Assembly (NCBI GenBank): GCA_001774395.1
Contig: MEZX01000001.1
Location: forward strand, 27,643 to 91,642
DNA from: Candidatus Berkelbacteria bacterium RIFCSPLOWO2_01_FULL_50_28
GTDB taxonomy: Bacteria; Patescibacteriota; UBA1384; 2-12-FULL-50-11
Length of the DNA: 64,000 bases
Direction: 5' to 3'
Below, one piece after another: positions 17,868-26,759 of this stretch. The translations under genes were made by a program, and so were the position numbers. The notes beneath the pieces are model-generated. The model ran no database searches, was not told where the DNA came from, and saw only the letters and a list, made by a program, of their open reading frames with translations. Every line of letters starts with the position of its first letter. Position 1 is the first letter of the stretch.

Positions 17868-18657
17868 TGCATATTCCAACGAATTCGAACGCCTGTTCCA
17901 ACTGAAGTCGAACGCGCATTCCAACTGAAATCGAACGCTTTGAGCACCGTCGTTGGGATCATCGGTCTTCAGGCCTTCGTTGTCTGGTCGAGCTTACCGG
18001 TTGGGTCCTTGTCGAGCCCTTGCTTTTGCGCAGGGATTCGCCTTGGATCTCGAGCCGGTAGGCGTAGTGGACGAGTCGGTCGAGTGTGGCGTCGGCCAGG
18101 GTCGGATCTCCGATGGCCTCGTGCCAGTGCTCAAGCGGGAGTTGCGCGCAGATCATGGTGGACCTGCGGTCGTACCGGTCGTCGAGGATCTCGAGCAGAT
18201 CGCGCCGGTGGACGTCCGAGAGGGGCGCGACGAGCCAGTCGTCGAGGATGAGCAGATCGATCCTGGCGAGGGAGGCGAGCCGGTTGCGGTACGTGCCGTC
18301 GCCCCGACCAATCTCCAGATCGTGCAGGAGCCTGGGAGCTCTGAAGTAGCGGGTGTCCGGAATGGATCGGAATGGGTGTCCGCTTTGAATTGGAATCACT
18401 GTCCGCTTTGCGTCGGAACGCGCAGCCCGCAACCCAGTCTCAACCTGATGACTTCTCTGATCTTGCGCACGGACAGCTTCTCCTGTCCATCCCGACCACC
18501 TCGTTTCAATTGTGAGAGGCCAAGGATCGCCGATGCGGAGTAGGGCATCGGGCGCCGGGCGAGGATCCCGGAGCATGCCGATCGCTCATTCCGGGGCAGA
18601 ACCGAGAAACGATCGACATGGCCCGGAACATGCGATCGCTTTGGGCCGCTGAATGCA
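17868..18657 (-). mobile_element. Nested/deleted IS21-family remnants (istB 3' part, internal IS end, istA 5' stub)
   Basis: End TGCATATTCC with three TTCCAAC..TCGAACGC repeats; IstB LLILDDW...DATLDRLVHYAYRLEIQGESLR; second end at 18353-18424; IstA stub EKLSVRKIREVIRLRLG. Confidence 0.85.
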
Positions 18658-18817
18658 AGCGTTCGTGAATAATAGGAGTGCAATGCCTTTTCTGTCTTCC
18701 TCTCCAGCACTCTTGCCGGAGAAAGGACTGCGCTCAAAACGAGGCAAAAATGTGTTACCTATGTAGAAATCCATGACAACAGCTTGACGCCATGCTCCTT
18801 CAAGCATAGAATGGGTG

Positions 18818-19297
18818 TGTCGGCGCCGGTTGAAAAGTGCACCGCTGTGCTGGCCCAATAGTGCACCACGCGCGCACGCAGTGTACGCCGGTTTCCCATC
18901 CGGATGAGATTGCGCGAGCAATCTGGGAATCGGGGGCGAGCGAAGCGATGCCCCCTTCCGTGCCTCAGGCCCTGGTTTTGGGGTTGTCTCTCGCCTTGGC
19001 CAGACTGTACGCGAGCCGGTAGCTCTGCCCGTTCATCTCGAGGATGTGCACGTGGTGCGTGAGCCGGTCGAGCATCGCGTGCACGAGGGCTTCGGAGGCG
19101 AGCACCGAGATCCACTCCTCGAAGGGCAGGTTCGTCGTAAGGACGATCGAGCCCCGCTCGTAGCGGTCGGAGACGACGTCGAAGAGGAGTTCGGCCCCGC
19201 TTGCCGGAAGCGGCACGAACCCGAGCTCGTCGAGGACCAGGAGGTCGACCTTCCGCAGAAGGGCGCGCGTGCGGCCATGGGTGGTAGATGAAAGCAC
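18818..19297 (-). mobile_element. istB: IS21-family remnant (istB C-terminus plus right end)
   Basis: DLLVLDELGFVP...TTNLPFEEW...LDRLTHH...GQSYR; end TGTCGGCGCCGGTTGAAAAGTGCACC with repeated AGTGCACC. Confidence 0.85.
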
Positions 19298-19300
19298 GCT

Positions 19301-19756
19301 ATGCGTGCCGAGCAGCCAAAAAGTCGTTGGCTGCTGGTCGTGCGTAGCACATTCAAGTCGGCTAAGCGCTCAGTTGCGCAGGTCGCGTTCATCATCATTC
19401 TGATCCCGCTCTCACAGTCATTGGGCTGCAGCAGTGGGCATCAGAAAAAAGCACTTGCCAATAGAACCTACTTCTTAGAATCTGCACTTCCAAACACACC
19501 TACAGCCAACGGTAAGGCTCGGTATTTTCTATCGACCTTGGAGGCCAAAGGACTGCACCGAGTAGACTCAAAACAAAAGGCCAGCACGGTCGTGCACTTT
19601 GGTTATCTTGGTGGAGTGTGGCTCTCACCGCCCGATTCACCGTTCATTGCTGAGTGGAAGGGCCTGCTAGGAAAAACGCCCCAAGACACGGAAGAACAGT
19701 GCAGGTCACTTGCCTCCTATCTTGAGACCTCACGCACAGAGTCAGCCACGAACTGA
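19301..19756 (+). CDS. Hypothetical (lipoprotein-like) protein
   Basis: Hydrophobic stretch then LGC; followed by a terminator. Confidence 0.45.
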   Translation: MRAEQPKSRWLLVVRSTFKSAKRSVAQVAFIIILIPLSQSLGCSSGHQKKALANRTYFLESALPNTPTANGKARYFLSTLEAKGLHRVDSKQKASTVVHFGYLGGVWLSPPDSPFIAEWKGLLGKTPQDTEEQCRSLASYLETSRTESATN

Positions 19757-19772
19757 GGCAACACGTACAGCG

Positions 19773-19807
19773 ACGGCCGGACACTATCTACCGGCCGTCC
19801 TTTTTTT
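19773..19807 (+). terminator. Intrinsic terminator
   Basis: GACGGCCGG...CCGGCCGTC followed by a T run. Confidence 0.65.
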
Positions 19808-19935
19808 GACAGCCCTTTCCCCAACCCTTATTGCCCTAGCAACAAAAAACCGTCGCGTTGCTTCCGACATCCGGAAAGGTAGGCCGTTCATAACTGCAGA
19901 GCCCTCCGCCCTGAATCAAGGCAAGGAGTCTGAGT

Positions 19936-20202
19936 TTGAAGAGGTTAAGATTTAGCGAGGAGCACGTGGTTCGGGTCCTGCACGTGGCTCATTCGGGCGA
20001 GGCGGTCCGCGAGGTCTGCCCCGCGCATGGAGTGAGCGAGGGCACTCTTTACGTCTCGAAGCGCAAATACTCCGGCATGGAGACGCAGGACGTGAAGCGG
20101 CTGCGCGAGCTTGAAGCCGCGAACGCCGCACCCAAGCGGATCGTGGCGGACCGGGCTCTGGTCATCGACGCGACGGGCAAGCTGATCCAAGAATCCGGGT
20201 AG
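19936..20202 (+). pseudogene. IS3-family OrfA remnant
   Basis: RFSEEHVVRVL...EVC..HGVSEGTLY..KRKYSGM...VKRLRELE..N...KRIVAD; no OrfB follows. Confidence 0.8.
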
Positions 20203-20481
20203 GTGCGCCCCAAAGACGCCAGGGAGCGCGGATAGCCGGGCCAGAGAAACCAGGCGTCTCGGTGATGCTTGCCGGTGACACCGACCATGGTGTCCCGGAC
20301 GAACACGGAAAGCTGCTCGGTAATGCCCTTATACAGCCTATTGAAGCCCGCTTCACCCAATCCGTCGTCGGTCCCAAGCGCATCTCGCAGATCTGACTGA
20401 AGGTCATGACGAATCCTTGCAATGCCCCTAAGAGCCTCGAACTCCCAAAGCAAGGGATCGTCGACAAGCGCACTCTCAGAA

Positions 20482-21279
20482 TCAGTATAGTTTCTCATCG
20501 GCCAAACACACATTATACACGCCAAGTCGGCGTTCATAGAAATGAATCATAGTGTCGATGCTTGTCGTAATGTTGTCCACCAGAGACAGTGCCTGTTTCA
20601 TGATGGGTCCGTGAGTGTCACCGTCGAGTTGAATATGTGCCCTTAGAAACGCACAATAGCGATCAAATCGCGGATCGTTAATCTTCAGGATCGCCTTCTC
20701 AAGATTGTCGAAGGCTGTTGTTAGGGTAAGTTCCCTTAGCGCTACTGTCGAAAGTGCCCTCTGATAGGTTCCCGCACAACTCTCACTAAAAACCATGTAA
20801 TCGATTGCCTTCGGATGAAAGCCCTCGCGTTTCATCAATATTTGGAGATTTCCGGCCGCGACACTAGCAACTAGTGCCTCGATCGGGCCAGTGTCAATAC
20901 CAGCGTCCTGTGCTGCCTCCAACATGGCCACATAATGGGGCCCGCACTCAGTCCGCTTTGTAGGTATGTTGTTTGTGGACAGTTCTTCGTCCGAAAGAGA
21001 TAACAGCAAGTGGAGGAAGGTCCCATCCTCTTGAACCGCGAAAGGATGCTCTGGCAACGCAGATAGATAACCCCGAAGACACCCTAAGAGATTACCGTAG
21101 AAGCATACGGTAAACAGAAGGCTCGCACGTACCATGTTGTCGATTGAGCGATCCGGGTGCACCAAGTTGACTGCCTCGTGATCGTAAATGCGCCGCGTAA
21201 CCGCTTCCAAACGCGGGTACTTGGCATCAGCTTGGAAGCTGCCTGGGAAGTCCAAGAAGGGCGACTGTATGGGTGTCAT
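20482..21279 (-). CDS. Heme-oxygenase-like diiron protein (DUF3050-like)
   Basis: EE...PHY..ML.A, RE and FLRAHIQLDGDTHG metal-ligand pattern. Confidence 0.7.
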   Translation of the reverse strand: MTPIQSPFLDFPGSFQADAKYPRLEAVTRRIYDHEAVNLVHPDRSIDNMVRASLLFTVCFYGNLLGCLRGYLSALPEHPFAVQEDGTFLHLLLSLSDEELSTNNIPTKRTECGPHYVAMLEAAQDAGIDTGPIEALVASVAAGNLQILMKREGFHPKAIDYMVFSESCAGTYQRALSTVALRELTLTTAFDNLEKAILKINDPRFDRYCAFLRAHIQLDGDTHGPIMKQALSLVDNITTSIDTMIHFYERRLGVYNVCLADEKLY

Positions 21280-22019
21280 GCTGTTTCGTCCTCGGTGAGT
21301 TCGTCCGATGCAATCAGAAACTCTCTAAGTCGCGGGGAGGTGGGACTTGACAGAATCGAAACGCCACCAACTTCGTGGAGTCTCCCGTGATCAAGGAAGG
21401 CTACCCGATCCGTGATGCGGCGAACAAACGGAATGGAGTGGGAGACGAGAATGACGGCGGTGCCTTCATCCCGGAGGTTTGTGATTGTTTGCCGAAGTGT
21501 TCGCACATGCTCGACATCAATGGCGGCCGTTACTTCGTCCAGTAGCAGAACCGAAGGCTTCAGCGCAAGTGCCCTACATAGGGCGAAGAGCTGGCGTTGA
21601 CCACCCGAAACCTGGTTTGGAAACCGGCTGGCGAGCTCAGAGATCCCAAATCGGGCCATAAAATCAATTGCGCACTTGACCGCCGGTCCGCCCGGCTCCT
21701 TGCCTATTGGAAGCATGACATTGTCGCGCAGTGTCAGGTGCGGCCACAGGCAAAGCCCCTGAAAGACCAGCGTAACGGTGGGCCAGGGCCGGTTTGTGCG
21801 TATTGGATCGCAAGGGAACTTATAGTGGAAGCCGCTAATGGCCAATGACCCCTCATCGGCAGCATCGATTCCAGCGATAATTCGGAGCAACGTGCTCTTA
21901 CCGGCACCGCTTGGGCCGACGATCCCCGTCACCGTTCCTGCCTCCACATTTATGGAGACGTCATCGAGAATGACATTCCCTCGAAGCACTTTCCTCAAGC
22001 CCTTTGCGCACACAACCAT
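21276..22019 (-). CDS. Amino acid ABC transporter ATP-binding protein
   Basis: GPSGAGKS, SGGQRQ and LLLDE motifs; GlnQ-like C-terminus. Confidence 0.92.
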   Translation of the reverse strand: MVVCAKGLRKVLRGNVILDDVSINVEAGTVTGIVGPSGAGKSTLLRIIAGIDAADEGSLAISGFHYKFPCDPIRTNRPWPTVTLVFQGLCLWPHLTLRDNVMLPIGKEPGGPAVKCAIDFMARFGISELASRFPNQVSGGQRQLFALCRALALKPSVLLLDEVTAAIDVEHVRTLRQTITNLRDEGTAVILVSHSIPFVRRITDRVAFLDHGRLHEVGGVSILSSPTSPRLREFLIASDELTEDETA

Positions 22020-22679
22020 CTAAGTCTCGGAGTAATCCCGGCTAACATGCTTTTGAAGAACGTTGGCCACAATATAGACGGGCACGGTTGCCAAAAGGAA
22101 AAATAGCGCCAACGCGGTGTAGATTTCCACGGGTTTGTAGATTTGAGCGTTGATCCGCTGGGCCGCTCGGAAGACTTCGTCAACTGAAATGAAGCTCGTA
22201 AATAGGCTGGCGTGAAGCATATTCATCTGGACGATCAGAATTCCCGGCAAGGCGTGGCGGGCGATCAAGGGGAGCGTGATCCTCCAAGAGATCGTCGAGC
22301 GTGGCAGACCACAGACGAGGGCGGCCAACCTATACTGGTTCGGGCATTCTACGTAACACTGCCGCCAGATGTCTGCCACCCAAAAGACATTCAACGTCGC
22401 CAAAGCAACGATAGAAGTGACCCTTGGGTCCACGACGATACCGAGCATATACTGTGCGGGGTAATGAAGCCAAAACAGCCAGACAACGATCGGGATACCG
22501 GCAAGACCAATGGCAAGGCAACGGACGGGGACGCCAACGCTTAATCTAAACCGCCCAGCAGCAACACCGAGAGGCGTCCCCAACAGCAGACCAATACCCC
22601 AGATGCAAGTGCACAGCAACATCGTCGTTCGCAAGCCGCCGAGAAATTCGGACGAGTGCTCTGTGAGGATCTTTAGCAT
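22020..22679 (-). CDS. Amino acid ABC transporter permease
   Basis: HisM/GlnP-type topology, GL..T, AA...GL...ITLP. Confidence 0.88.
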   Translation of the reverse strand: MLKILTEHSSEFLGGLRTTMLLCTCIWGIGLLLGTPLGVAAGRFRLSVGVPVRCLAIGLAGIPIVVWLFWLHYPAQYMLGIVVDPRVTSIVALATLNVFWVADIWRQCYVECPNQYRLAALVCGLPRSTISWRITLPLIARHALPGILIVQMNMLHASLFTSFISVDEVFRAAQRINAQIYKPVEIYTALALFFLLATVPVYIVANVLQKHVSRDYSET

Positions 22680-22694
22680 AGTATGAATCCTCTG

Positions 22695-23564
22695 CTACTG
22701 TGATGCAAATGGAGTGGCAACTCGATAGAAAAGAAGGCTATCGCCTTCATATTTCTTGATTATCTTGTCAAGTGCACCGCTATATTGAAGCTCCTGCAAC
22801 GAGTTGTCAATCATAGATTTGAACTGAGGCTCGTTCTTGGGCATGATAAACACGTCCGCAAAGATGCGGAGTGGCTTGTCGACCGCAAGATTCTTCACTG
22901 ATCCCGGATTGCTTGAAAGGAATCGCATCCCCTGGTAGGGTTCAGCAAAGAAGACATCCGCTTTCTTTCCGACGATGTCCAGAAAGAGCTGAGATTCGGA
23001 GGTATGGTCAGGATAGGAAACGATTTTGGCGTTCGGAAACTGGGTTTGAGCGATCAGCATCGGTGTTGAACCATCAATGGCCGCGATTCGGATGTCAGGG
23101 TCGTTCAAAGAGGCCCAGTCGTTTGTCGGAGCGATTCGAGATTCACCTGGTCGAACCCAGATGCCGATTCCGCTGTAGTAAGCGGGCACCGATAGGGTTG
23201 CGAGTTTGCCGCGGGCGGCGTTCGCCCAAACGCCCACCCCGATCATGTCGTAGCGTCCGGTTTCAAGACCCTCCAGAAGGCTTGCCCAACTGACTTCCTC
23301 GTTGAACTCAACCTTGAGCTTGAGGTTCTTCGCCATCTCCCGCAGAGAATCGGGAAAGATTCCCGAAACTGCCTTGGTCTTGGGGTCGACTATGCCCGCA
23401 GGGGGATAATTGACGAAGGCTGCACGTATGACCCCGGAGTCGATAACGCGTTGGTAGGCGGAGGTTCCTCCGACAGCCGGAGACTTGCTTGGTTGGCAAC
23501 CCAAAACCGCCAATACCATCAATCCAACGGCGACCCCGATCCGAGTTCTGCTTGACTTTCTCAT
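22695..23564 (-). CDS. Amino acid ABC transporter substrate-binding lipoprotein (SBP family 3)
   Basis: Lipobox VLGC; W..LLEGL.TGRYD; G.LDKIIKKY. Confidence 0.9.
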   Translation of the reverse strand: MRKSSRTRIGVAVGLMVLAVLGCQPSKSPAVGGTSAYQRVIDSGVIRAAFVNYPPAGIVDPKTKAVSGIFPDSLREMAKNLKLKVEFNEEVSWASLLEGLETGRYDMIGVGVWANAARGKLATLSVPAYYSGIGIWVRPGESRIAPTNDWASLNDPDIRIAAIDGSTPMLIAQTQFPNAKIVSYPDHTSESQLFLDIVGKKADVFFAEPYQGMRFLSSNPGSVKNLAVDKPLRIFADVFIMPKNEPQFKSMIDNSLQELQYSGALDKIIKKYEGDSLLFYRVATPFASQ

Positions 23565-24015
23565 GGACTGCAGTGTAGAGGAAGGAGCATGAGATGAGAG
23601 ACACTCTCACGTTTGAGGAACGTTAGATCGGTTCATTCTTGAAGTGTCGTGGACCCTGCATATCTCACTGCGTCAACTGGGTCGAACTACTGTCAGACTT
23701 TACCAGGGAATCACGATGAGCTTGTTCATGGGATCGCGCCTGGTCACTGCACGGAGCCCTCGCCGTCCAACGGTGAGGGCTCCCTGTGGGTCGAAGCCCG
23801 ACGACGAAGCCTAGTGAGACTCGCTTAGTTACTCATCACCACCTCCATGACCTGAAGTTTGGGATAGAAGTCGAGGAGCGATCACAACTCTCACGTTTTC
23901 CGAACGCTAGGACGACTTATCTTGCGGATGGACGTTGGAATGGAGGCACCAACAGGCCAAACCAAAAAGGACCCTCACCTGGACAGGTGAGGGTCTTGGA
24001 TGGGACGCAGCCCAG

Positions 24016-24383
24016 CTATGATCGGTCAGAGGCGAGTAGGGGTCTGTACCCAATCTTTACCTCTTCCTTCTCGACGCTGAACGAGATACCCAGGCGTTCC
24101 GCATTGTCAATGCAGAACTGACCCAGCGCAGACTCGTTCTGTCGCCGATTCGCAGCTGGAGGCGGGAAGAGTTCGAGGAGCTCCCGCTTGGACCCCGGAT
24201 ACCGGCCATCCTCTCGGAATGTGCCGCCCAGTTCATAGCGAACAAGGCAGCCCACAGCCTGATGGACGGTCGGAGCGACGCAACCGAAATCAGTTCCGGT
24301 GAACGCCGCGACCCAGTTGCTTGCGCTCTTGGATCTGCCGATTACAGGCAATGATTGAATCTGTTGTAGAAGTACGTTCATGA
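24016..24383 (-). CDS. Hypothetical protein
   Basis: AGGAGG SD before MNVLL; hairpin downstream at about 23970-23995. Confidence 0.5.
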
Positions 24384-24730
24384 TTCCTCCTGTCCCCTGA
24401 GCCAAAACCGACCCAAAAGCACAGCGCGCATCGTAGCAAAGTGGAAGGTTGCTGTCAAGGGGTTTTGAGGCCATTTCCGGGCGGCTGTTAGGAAGCCAGT
24501 TAGAGGCTATAGCGCTGTCTGCAGTCCTTGAGAATCTGTCTGGAGTCTAGCCTGGCAGGCACGACGACACTTCAGCGGCTTCGCCGACGATGGTCGCGGA
24601 GTGGTGTTTCAATCCCATTTCCTTGATGAAGACCACTTTTCGCTTTCCAAACCCTATGTGTCAGGAGAGCTTCCAGCAGAGTTTCGCCAGGCTGTCCAAG
24701 AGGCCTATGATTGGTGGATGAAACTGTTCG

Positions 24731-25130
24731 GTGGTGGGGGCTCTTGTTGCATTGAAGGCTGATCGCGTCACGGAGGTCTCAGCACGGCCGTTCTACTTGT
24801 TCTTGGTGCTTGCCTTGGGTGGTCTGTTTGTTTCCGTATCACTAGCCGCCAACTATCTTCTTGGATCGGACTATATTCCGTGCCTTGCTGCTGCCGATTG
24901 TGACGGAGTTGTAAGTAGTCGGTATCCACTAGGCGATCCCAATGCGGACCTTAAGCTGGTAGTATTCTCAGACCTTATCTGCCCAGCCTGCAAGTCGGTT
25001 GTACCTCGACTTATTGCTGAGGTTCGGCGAAATCAACCCTCGTATCTGGTCTACCGGCATTTCCCGCTAAAATCCCATTCTGATGCCCGCTTTGCGGCGG
25101 CCGTTGCGGAAGTCGCGGCCGAGGTCAGTT
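24731..25130 (+). pseudogene. DsbA/thioredoxin-fold fragment
   Basis: LGDPNA.LKLVVFSDLICPAC...YRHFPL..H..A..AA..AE, after which homology is lost. Confidence 0.65.
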
Positions 25131-25528
25131 GCCATTGCCTGACACACGGCGACCGTCCTCTCCCACTCGGGATTCTCGCGACCATTCGTCAGGTTCATGG
25201 GCAGACACACGTTATATTTTGTAAGGGCCGGATACCGCTTGAGTGCGGTCTCAAACGACTGCACGACTTGACTGCGTTCGGACGCTCGAAATCGTGCCCG
25301 ACCGGAGGCATCTGGGGAGAGGAAGTACTTGGCTTGCCAGCCTTCGAGTTCGCCCGATGGCCGCTCAAATGTCGCCTCGACTCCCCCCTCAGGCGGACGA
25401 AATCTGCGAAAGGCACCCGATTCAAGAAGTCGGTCGATACGAGCGACTTGGCAGCAAAACTCCTCAAAGCCCGCCGAAGCGCTGCCGTCAACGTGCCGGA
25501 TGTAACGGAAGTCTAGGGACTGGGGCAT
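25130..25528 (-). pseudogene. N-terminal Mrr-like nuclease domain fragment of a probable large NTPase defence protein
   Basis: FEEFCCQVAR...GVEA...GWQAKYF...QV..SFETAL..YP.L..Y.VCLP.NLT; truncated where it meets the DsbA fragment. Confidence 0.6.
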
Positions 25529-25831
25529 TGGATTCGTGGACGATTTGAAGCTGTACCGCTCACCATTCGTCTACATATAATACCGAAGGGCGGGCAATGC
25601 TAGGGTCGGAAGCCAAAATTGGCAGGAAGAACGTCACCATCGACTATGCTGAAGTGCGGCTAGGACATCCTTCGACCGTTGAAATGTGGGGATCGGTCGC
25701 CAAACAACGAGTAGTGTGTGCAACTCCATTTGCGACCTTTTCTGAGAGCATTCACGCTGGGATCAGAGATGTCCAATCCCGATCCCAGCGGAAACGCTGC
25801 CACAAAATGCCACAACCTAATCTCCGCGATC

Positions 25832-26113
25832 ATGGCGCACATCGCGCGCTAAAGCTTTCGCGGGACCTCTCGTCTCGCTGCTGATGCCGGCGTCTCCAAG
25901 TCCACGATCAGCCACCTCGTGCGGGGGCTGAACAATCCCCTGTATATCACGGCTTGCCAGGTCGTCAAGACCCTGGAGTTCCAACTTGGCCGTTCGCTCC
26001 ATCTCGACGAGGTCATTTCGCTCGACGGATCGTATCCGACATCAGCAAGGCCATCGACGGGCTGGTCAGGACCGGGCTCATTATTGTTCGGGATTTGTCT
26101 GGTCAGCCGCTGA
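25832..26113 (+). pseudogene. XRE-family HTH regulator with in-frame stop
   Basis: MAHIAR*SFRGTSRLAADAGVSKSTISHLVRG; TAA at 25850-25852. Confidence 0.7.
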
Positions 26114-26342
26114 CTAGCGCTCGTGATCGGCGGCAATCGCATTCTCGTCTCAGCTTCAGCCTCAATCCCGATCTGGCGTCCACTCGGTTCCAAGAGCAGT
26201 TCGCTCATGCGCGTTTTCAGATTTCAAAAAGAAGGAACAACAAAAGAAAGTTATACAAAAGAAAACAACAACAGCTGTTTGAGCGACTCGACGGGATCAG
26301 CCCTCATGAGCAAGGAAGGAAGCTCGGGGAATGACAATCTGG

Positions 26343-26540
26343 TTAGGAGGTCGGATCAATCTCCACCTTCCGACCGTAGCTGATCGCGTACCAGACACAG
26401 TTGTAGAGCAGAGTCGGGTCGTTCTCAAAGTCATCCAGCCGGAGTCGAAGAGCCGGACCAGTACTACCTTGCACCAGGTCCACGAATTCTGGAAGAGTCC
26501 TTTCAAGTGCTTCAGCAGCTCCGATTGGCATCTTCTTCAT
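26343..26540 (-). CDS. Small hypothetical protein
   Basis: 65 aa ORF divergent from the recombinase unit. Confidence 0.4.
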   Translation of the reverse strand: MKKMPIGAAEALERTLPEFVDLVQGSTGPALRLRLDDFENDPTLLYNCVWYAISYGRKVEIDPTS

Positions 26541-26585
26541 TGCCTGAATCTAACAAAGATCACGCCTGGCGGCAAGGCAGCTTAG

Positions 26586-26759
26586 ATGTTGCGCCTGCCG
26601 GTTCCGAACGCTCAGGAGGTCGAGGAGTTCAGGGTCTTGTGCGAACGGCGGTTTTCTGTAACGCTCTCTAGCGCAGAGGCCTTGGATTGGGCGACCCGCC
26701 TACTCCACCTCTTCTACCTAACAAGCCATGAGATATATTCTTTACGCCAGGAAGAGTAG
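26586..26759 (+). CDS. Small 57-aa protein overlapping the recombinase start
   Basis: MLRLPVPNAQEVEEFRVLCERRFSVTLSSAEALDWATRLLHLFYLTSHEIYSLRQEE; below the ORF-track cutoff. Confidence 0.55.
   Translation: MLRLPVPNAQEVEEFRVLCERRFSVTLSSAEALDWATRLLHLFYLTSHEIYSLRQEE

Noticed and set aside
17868-17940. Three ~20-bp tandem repeats resembling a mini-CRISPR
   Set aside because: Only 3-4 nt separate the units and there are no cas genes; they are typical IS21 terminal repeats next to istB.
17953-18543. 196-aa plus-strand ORF
   Set aside because: Antisense shadow of GC-rich istB.
23752-23995. Two similar CCCTC(A/G)CC...GGTGAGGG hairpins as a repeat family
   Set aside because: Only two short copies, adequately explained as terminators.
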